Below, in pieces: positions 58,108 through 64,000 of a stretch of DNA of 64,000 bases. This DNA is from Dehalococcoidia bacterium. Lineage in GTDB: Bacteria; Chloroflexota; Dehalococcoidia; Lucifugimonadales; GCA-2712585. The stretch is from assembly GCA_965238215.1 (NCBI GenBank), contig OZ250180.1, positions 2,052,779 through 2,116,778 on the forward strand, written 5' to 3'. Within the stretch, counting starts at the first letter, position 1; each line of letters starts with the position of its first letter. The notes beneath the pieces were generated by a model. The model searched no databases. It saw only the letters and a list, made by a program, of their open reading frames with translations, and was not told the origin of the DNA. A program made the translations under genes and the position numbers.

Positions 58108-58176
58108 GTCGTCAAGCCTGCCGACGTCGGGTTGCTGCTGAAGGGCCGCATGTCGTCTTCTCCTACTGTGCGAATT

Positions 58177-59670
58177 TCAAACGTCCTGGATTCTATGATA
58201 AAGGATTTTCCATTGTGGGTAGAATTCCTCGTATTCCAGGGCGTCGGAAGGGTCCGGGTCCACATCCAACCATTGAGGGGCCATGGCTTCTGAGGCTTCC
58301 GCCAGGTTGGAGTGCAGTCCCGCGACCACCGAGGCTGCGGCGACGGCCCCCAGGAGGCTCACGTGGGCCGTCGAACTGCGGCGAACTGTTCGTCCCAAGA
58401 CACTGGCGAGGATGCGAGCGAAGAGGGGACTGCGAGACACTCCCCCGCCGAGGTGGAGAGCCGGAGACTGCTGGCCTGAGGCCCGTTCCAGGTCGGCCAG
58501 GTTGGCCTTGACGGAGTAGGCCAGGGACTCCCAGAAGGCCCGCAGGGCTTCGGCGGGGGTGGGGCTGCGATATAGCAAGGGAATGGGAAATAGAAGGCCG
58601 CCCCTTCGAAGGCCCGCCTCCGGCGCCGTGATAGGCGCGGGGCCCAGGTAGGACAGGAAACCGTTGCTGCCAACGGGCGCCGATGCTGCCAGAGCGTCGG
58701 CCTGAATGAAGGTGGCATCGGGGCCTAGAAGCAGGTCCTTCAACCAGCGGTGGGCGTTTCCGGCGTCGCCAAGATTCACTTCGGAGACCCACCGGCCCGG
58801 GATGGGGAAGGGGCTAAACCAGGCCTTGGCCTGGGGGTCCGGGTGTGGGGAATCTGTGACGGTCTGCATGGAGGCGCTCCATCCGGCGACGAGACCGGTG
58901 TCGCCGGGACGAGTCAGACCCATGCCCAGAAGCCCGCAGGAGGTATCGGCGCCGGCCAGGGTGACGGGCGTACCGGCGGCCAGACCCAACCTGAGGGCCG
59001 CGTCGGGTTTCAGCCTGCCTACAACGGTCCCGGCCGCGGATGGGGGCGGAAGCTGAGATGGGGGCACGCCCATCTTGGAAAGCATCGCGTTGTCGCGGTT
59101 GGCGGCGCGGGGATCAAGGAGGCCGACGCCGGCGGACAGGGAGGGTTCGCAGGCGAGGCTCCCCGTGAGTTTAACGGCGAGCCAGCCCGCCACGGTGAGA
59201 ATGTGCGCTACACTCTTGCGCAGGTCGGGCCGGTTGTTCTGTAGCCAACGGAGCTTGGCGGGGGCAAGAAGCATGGCGGGGAACTGGCCCGTGGCTTCGT
59301 AGAGGGCTGGGCCCATCTCCTCCTGAAGGGCCGCGCCTTCGAATGCAGCACGCAGGTCCACGTTTGGGCTGACCAGTATTTCCCGGTCATGGTCGTCAAG
59401 GAACACCAGCCCGTGGCGCTGGCTGGTTATGCCCACGGCCGCCACGTCGGACGGGGCGAGGTTAGCCTGGGCGAGGGCGCGAACGGTCAACCGAGCCGCC
59501 GTGTCGAGGATCTCTTGGGGGTCGAACTCGCGGGTCAACTCCGATTCGCCCTCAGGAGTGAAATAGTGGATGGGCTCGTGACAGTCCGCCAGGCAGCGGC
59601 CTTGGGGGTCCGCAACCATGCAGTGGAGGGCGCTGGTCCCGAAGTCCAGTCCAAGGAGGTTAGCGGCCAA
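58177..59670 (-). CDS. FGGY family carbohydrate kinase
   Basis: GLDFGT, GITSQRHG, GGGVSRS. Confidence 0.9.
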   Translation of the reverse strand: MAANLLGLDFGTSALHCMVADPQGRCLADCHEPIHYFTPEGESELTREFDPQEILDTAARLTVRALAQANLAPSDVAAVGITSQRHGLVFLDDHDREILVSPNVDLRAAFEGAALQEEMGPALYEATGQFPAMLLAPAKLRWLQNNRPDLRKSVAHILTVAGWLAVKLTGSLACEPSLSAGVGLLDPRAANRDNAMLSKMGVPPSQLPPPSAAGTVVGRLKPDAALRLGLAAGTPVTLAGADTSCGLLGMGLTRPGDTGLVAGWSASMQTVTDSPHPDPQAKAWFSPFPIPGRWVSEVNLGDAGNAHRWLKDLLLGPDATFIQADALAASAPVGSNGFLSYLGPAPITAPEAGLRRGGLLFPIPLLYRSPTPAEALRAFWESLAYSVKANLADLERASGQQSPALHLGGGVSRSPLFARILASVLGRTVRRSSTAHVSLLGAVAAASVVAGLHSNLAEASEAMAPQWLDVDPDPSDALEYEEFYPQWKILYHRIQDV

Positions 59671-60658
59671 GGCTTCCCCACACTTTGGGGTTCGCCAGGT
59701 TGATGGGTTTTTCCCCTTGAAGATGGCGTTGTATATCCACGAGCATCATCTCGGAATGGCGCTGGACGGTTCCCTCGGTAGCGCCGCCCACGTGGGGGGT
59801 GAGGATGACGTTAGGCAGCTTAATTAGGGGGCTGGCGGGAGAGATGGGGTGGGTCTCGTGGACGTCGAGGGCTGCGCCGGCGAGTGCTCCGGTGGTCAGG
59901 GCGTGAACGAGGGCGTCCTCTTGCACCATTTCGTAGAAGGCGGTGTTGACGAGGAAGGCTCCGGACGGGAGGGCGTTCAGTTCTTCATGGCCTATCATGC
60001 CGGTTGTTTCGCTGGTGGCGGGGACGTGGAGGGAGAGGAAGTTAGACTGTTGAAGCAGCCGTTCCAGGGGAACGAGAAGGGCGCCGTCGCGCTGTTCCCC
60101 CGCTGCGCCGGCGTAGGGGTCGTAGGCCAGGACGCTCATGCCGAAGGCACCGGCCAGATTGGATACGATGCTGCCCACTGCACCCAGTCCGATAAGTCCG
60201 AGGGTGCGGCCCTCAAGCTCCAAGCCCCGATGGTTTACGTAGCCGTCCACGGGGTCTTCCCAGCGGCCCGACTTGACGTATCCGTCCAGATGCGAAATTT
60301 GGCGGGCGAGGGAGAGCATGAGACCAAGGGTGAGTTCCGCCACGGCGCGGGCGTTCCGGCCGGGGGTGTTGACCACCAGCACGTCGTGCTCCGTGGCGGC
60401 GTCCAGGTCTACGTGATTGAGGGCGGCGCGGCAGATGCCCACGAAGCGAAGGTCGGCGGCGTTTTGGAATAGCTCTTCGAAGATGAAGTCCGCTTCCACT
60501 ATGAGGTGGGTGACGTGTTCCTTCTGCAAGCGGAGGCCCAACTCCTCCGGGTCTTGGAGGCGGCGGGTTTCCGTCCAGCTTTCGTAGTCCACGGGCATTA
60601 GCTGTGCCAGGGACGCCAGGGCCGTAGGGTTGAAGGGGGCCAGGACCAGAGCCCTCAA
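59660..60658 (-). CDS. D-isomer-specific 2-hydroxyacid dehydrogenase (SerA-like)
   Basis: NTPGRN, GLGAVG, LTPHVGGAT. Confidence 0.9.
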   Translation of the reverse strand: MRALVLAPFNPTALASLAQLMPVDYESWTETRRLQDPEELGLRLQKEHVTHLIVEADFIFEELFQNAADLRFVGICRAALNHVDLDAATEHDVLVVNTPGRNARAVAELTLGLMLSLARQISHLDGYVKSGRWEDPVDGYVNHRGLELEGRTLGLIGLGAVGSIVSNLAGAFGMSVLAYDPYAGAAGEQRDGALLVPLERLLQQSNFLSLHVPATSETTGMIGHEELNALPSGAFLVNTAFYEMVQEDALVHALTTGALAGAALDVHETHPISPASPLIKLPNVILTPHVGGATEGTVQRHSEMMLVDIQRHLQGEKPINLANPKVWGSLGR

Positions 60659-62046
60659 TTACGATGTTCCTTCAAGACGGCTTGGGCGGCGGTAACTCCG
60701 CTGCGGACGGCTCCCTCCATGGTGGAGGGCCAGCCAGTGTCCGTCCAGTCACCCGCCAGAAAGAGGTTCTGGACGGGGGTCCGGGCGGGAGGTCGGAAGC
60801 GTTCGGAGCCGGGAAGGCAGCGGAAGGTGGCCTTTTCTTGCTTGACCACCAGGGAGCGGACAACGCGGGCGGATTTCGCTTTCGGGAAGGCGTCCGTCAT
60901 GGCTTTCATGCACATTTCCTGGACTGCCTGCTTTGGTTGGTTTACGTAATCAAAGGCGGCGCTGAGGGATACGGTGACGTACTGGCCCGGCGCTTCGCTG
61001 CGTCCCATTATGCTGCTCTTGTTGAAGACCCACTGTAGGGGCGAGTCCACGAGGGCTACGAAGTCCTGCTCCATGACGGGCCTGTCGTACCAGAGGTAGA
61101 CGTTGACGATGGGGGCCGTCTGCAGCTGATCAAGGGAGGCGAAGAAGGAGGTCTTGGCCAGATGCGGGGGCAGCAAGGGCATCAGATTGACCAGGGGCAG
61201 GGCGCTTACGCAGGCGTCAGCGCGGAGAACGTCGCCCCCGGACAGTTGGACACCGGCTATGAGGAATTCGCCCGTCCGTCCGTCTTCATTCAACTGAAGG
61301 GAGGCGGCTTGGCCGGTTATGACGCGTCCGCCCCTGCTTTCCACGTACTTCTGGGCCGCCTCTCCCATGAGGGAAGATAGGCCCTCCCGGGCGTAGCCGA
61401 TGCGGGAGGACTGGGGGCTCTTGAGCAGCCCCTCCTGGAAGATCATGATGCCCATTGCAGCTGAAACGTCTTCAACGTCGTCGTTGACGCAGGGCTTGAC
61501 GATGAGGTTCCAGAAGTTTTCGATGGTGCGTTTGGTCTGTCGGTGGCGACGGAGCCAACGGCCGAAGGTCTCTTTCTGGAGGGAGGGCTTGCTGCGGTCG
61601 GTGACGTTCAGACGCAGGAGGCCATAGACGGCGGTCAGCTTGTCCCAGACCCCCAGGTGCTTGTAGGACAAGAAGGACGGCAGCATGTGGAAGGGCTTGG
61701 GAAGTCGGCCGGCGGAGATGGAGCTGGAGGGTCCGGCAGGGCTGACCACATCAACCCTGGTCCGGTCCTGGATGTAGGCCCTTCGCAGGGTGCCGATCTT
61801 TTCGAGGAAGTCCCTGTAGTAGGTACAGCAGCCCAGGAACACGTGCTGGCCATTGTCCACCACCTGGCCGGTTTCCCGGTCGGTGAAGGAAAAAGCGCGC
61901 CCGCCCAGATAGGGCCGCTTTTCGACGAGGGTGACTTGGCAGCCCTGATCCAGCAGATGGCAGGCGGCTGCCATGCCGGCCAGACCACCGCCCAGAATCA
62001 CTGTTCGGGGTTTGGATGAGGGAGAGGCAGTAAGCTCTTTAGCCAT
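60655..62046 (-). CDS. hpnE: Hydroxysqualene dehydroxylase
   Basis: GGGLAG FAD motif, LGGRAFSF, DNGQHV, AGDWTDTGWPSTMEGAVRSG; follows hpnCD. Confidence 0.93.
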   Translation of the reverse strand: MAKELTASPSSKPRTVILGGGLAGMAAACHLLDQGCQVTLVEKRPYLGGRAFSFTDRETGQVVDNGQHVFLGCCTYYRDFLEKIGTLRRAYIQDRTRVDVVSPAGPSSSISAGRLPKPFHMLPSFLSYKHLGVWDKLTAVYGLLRLNVTDRSKPSLQKETFGRWLRRHRQTKRTIENFWNLIVKPCVNDDVEDVSAAMGIMIFQEGLLKSPQSSRIGYAREGLSSLMGEAAQKYVESRGGRVITGQAASLQLNEDGRTGEFLIAGVQLSGGDVLRADACVSALPLVNLMPLLPPHLAKTSFFASLDQLQTAPIVNVYLWYDRPVMEQDFVALVDSPLQWVFNKSSIMGRSEAPGQYVTVSLSAAFDYVNQPKQAVQEMCMKAMTDAFPKAKSARVVRSLVVKQEKATFRCLPGSERFRPPARTPVQNLFLAGDWTDTGWPSTMEGAVRSGVTAAQAVLKEHRN

Positions 62047-62876
62047 GTCGTAGTCATAACGAGCAGCTTTTCACGGCTGCTCAGGCTGATTCTACCACCA
62101 AAGACGTTATAGTCGTTAGATGAGATGCGACGGAGGATGCGCGTGTAGATGGCGGCCAGCACTGCAGGACAAGCGCGGCTGCGGGTAGACAGGTACGGGA
62201 GGAGCTTGGCGCCGTTCTGAAAGAGGGACTGTGCCCGTTGCACCTGGAAGGCCATGAGCCGGCGTTGGGCGTCGTTCCGCACCTCCCTTCTGAGTTCCTC
62301 TTCCGAATAGCCGAAGCGTCGGATTTCCTCCAGAGGCAGGTAGATGCGGTCTCGGGCCATGTCCTCCTGCACATCTCTCAGAATGTTGGTTAGCTGCATG
62401 GCAAGGCCAAGGTCCACGGCGTATTCCACGGCCTTGGGATGCCGGTAGCCGAAGATCTGGAGACAGATGATCCCCACGACGGAGGCCACCCGATAGCAGT
62501 AGAGTCGCAGCTCTTCGAAGGTCTGATATCGGTTGTTGGCAAGGTCCATCTCCACGCCGCGAATGACGTCCTGAAAGTAGCGTTGGGGGATGTCGTAGGT
62601 TTGGGCGGTGTGGGCCAGGGCGGTGAAGACGGGGCCTTCCGGCTGGCGTTGGTAGGCGTCGTCGAGGTGGGCGGTCAGATGGATGAGGGCGGCCTGCTTG
62701 GCTTCGGGAGAGGCAACTTCGTCAACGGCGTCGTCGCAGTAGCGGCAGAAGGCGTAGGCGGCGTAGATGGCGCGGCGCTTGTCGGCGGGAAGGGTTAGGA
62801 AGGCGTAAAAGAAGTTCTTGGCCTCGCGCTTGGTGATGAGGCGGCACTCCTCGTATGCGTCCGTTAGTGAAACCAT
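61998..62876 (-). CDS. hpnD: Presqualene diphosphate synthase
   Basis: NFFYAF, YAFCRYCDDAVD, QLTNILRDV. Confidence 0.9.
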   Translation of the reverse strand: MVSLTDAYEECRLITKREAKNFFYAFLTLPADKRRAIYAAYAFCRYCDDAVDEVASPEAKQAALIHLTAHLDDAYQRQPEGPVFTALAHTAQTYDIPQRYFQDVIRGVEMDLANNRYQTFEELRLYCYRVASVVGIICLQIFGYRHPKAVEYAVDLGLAMQLTNILRDVQEDMARDRIYLPLEEIRRFGYSEEELRREVRNDAQRRLMAFQVQRAQSLFQNGAKLLPYLSTRSRACPAVLAAIYTRILRRISSNDYNVFGGRISLSSREKLLVMTTTWLKSLLPLPHPNPEQ

Positions 62877-62911
62877 AGGCTGAATGCAACAAGCTCCCGC
62901 AACGAGCGGTC

Positions 62912-63823
62912 CTAGAACTTGGGGGTTCTGCCCAGCTTCGGCATTGCACCCAACTTCAGGGCAGCCCAGGTTGAAACCAGGAGCCAGCCTTTCTTGAAGC
63001 GAGAGAGGCTGGGGCGGCGCGCAAGCACGTTGTAGTCCTGTTTTTCTATGGCGTCCAGCACGGCCATGCCGCCGCGAGTGAACAGAGCGACGTCCACCTT
63101 TGCGGCGCCTTCTATACGGGGCAGCAGCTGCGCGCCCTGGAGGAACATCCGACGAGTCCGCTCCACCTGGAAGGCCATGAGCCGGCGGAAGTTGTCGTCG
63201 AAGGCGCGTTGGGCCAGCTGCTCCTCGGTGACGCCGTGGGCTTTCAGGTCCTCCACAGGAAGGTAGACGCGGCCCTTCCGCCAGTCGCGGTTCACGTCCT
63301 GCCAGAAGTTTGTCAGCTGCAGGGCGGTGCAGGTGTAGTCGGATAGCTGCTGCCGTTCCTCATTCCGGTAGTCGAAGACGTAGAGGAAGAGGCGACCGCA
63401 GGGGTTGGCGGAGTGGTCGCAGTAGTAGAGCAGATCCTCAAAGGTCTCGTAGCGGGAGACTTCCTGGTCCATCCGGTTGGCTTCGATGAGCTTGAGGAAG
63501 GGTTCCCGCGGGATGCGATAACGCTGGATGGTGTCCTGGAGGGCGACCATGACCGGGTGCTTGGGGAAGCCGTTGTAGCAGCGTTCCAGGTCCTCCCGCC
63601 ATTGCTCTAAAAGGGCGCGCCGGTCGCCCTCTGCTTCGTCCCCCAGGTCGTCCACGGTGCGGCAGTAGGCGTAGAGGTTGGACACGTGCTGGCGCTTGGC
63701 CTTGGGGAGCAGCAGTGATCCCACGGTGAAGTTTTCGTAGTGGGTCTTGGTGAGACGGCGACAGTAAGCGGCGGCCTCGTCGGGGCTCCAGGTTCGGGAA
63801 TCGGATACGAGGAGAGAGGCCAT
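62912..63823 (-). CDS. hpnC: Hydroxysqualene synthase
   Basis: HYENF, DDLGDE, SANPCGR, QLTNFWQD. Confidence 0.93.
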   Translation of the reverse strand: MASLLVSDSRTWSPDEAAAYCRRLTKTHYENFTVGSLLLPKAKRQHVSNLYAYCRTVDDLGDEAEGDRRALLEQWREDLERCYNGFPKHPVMVALQDTIQRYRIPREPFLKLIEANRMDQEVSRYETFEDLLYYCDHSANPCGRLFLYVFDYRNEERQQLSDYTCTALQLTNFWQDVNRDWRKGRVYLPVEDLKAHGVTEEQLAQRAFDDNFRRLMAFQVERTRRMFLQGAQLLPRIEGAAKVDVALFTRGGMAVLDAIEKQDYNVLARRPSLSRFKKGWLLVSTWAALKLGAMPKLGRTPKF

Positions 63824-63826
63824 GGT

Positions 63827-64000
63827 TCACCCGCCGTTGAGGAAGCGGCCCAGGGCGGTGAGGGGCCAGTAGTTACGGTAGAGATGGTAGTTGATCATAA
63901 AGCCAGCGCCCATGTCGAGGTCCTGGTAGGAAGGGTCTCCAGGGTCGGGCAGCTTCTTTGGTCGATGTCCGACGCCGTAGCCGGGGAAGCCGGTGCCGGT
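63827..64000 (-). CDS. shc: Squalene-hopene cyclase, C-terminal 57 aa (truncated by window edge)
   Basis: Manual translation: TGTGFPGYG...FMINYHLYRNYWPLTALGRFLNGG*; directly upstream of hpnC. Confidence 0.9.
   Translation of the reverse strand, partial: TGTGFPGYGVGHRPKKLPDPGDPSYQDLDMGAGFMINYHLYRNYWPLTALGRFLNGG

Overview
GC-rich bacterial chromosome segment, most consistent with Chloroflexota/Dehalococcoidia (SAR202-like). This is an inference from the 11-subunit nuo operon without nuoEFG, the multiple GatA-like amidases and the gene style. Backbone: secD(partial)-secF, an amide/peptide-hydrolase cluster, nfo, selB, ychF, holA, nuoABCDHIJKLMN, xdhC/mocA, tatD, an ABC substrate-binding protein, sufBCDSU, a dehydrogenase/kinase/aldolase block and hopanoid genes (shc partial, hpnCDE). 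No rRNA, tRNA, CRISPR array, integrase or intact transposase was recognised. The most striking structure is a cargo-accretion hotspot at about 5.0-10.8 kb, between a convergent amidase and amidohydrolase. There, roughly 1.1-1.3 kb self-promoted cargo units (two Uma2 nucleases, two copies of an unknown protein) are separated by displaced copies of the 3' ends of neighbouring genes: 3 amidase tails, 3 amidohydrolase tails and 2 M24-peptidase tails. The same gene-tail scar recurs at 19.7-20.8 kb. Also notable are a three-copy dispersed promoter/leaderless-ATG/AACGAAT-repeat element, co-oriented and nested REP-like palindromes, an alpha/beta-hydrolase fused to a GatC/AtzG-like domain, and low-GC defence-like inserts (GmrSD-like, Mre11/Rad50-like pair, orphan ParB).
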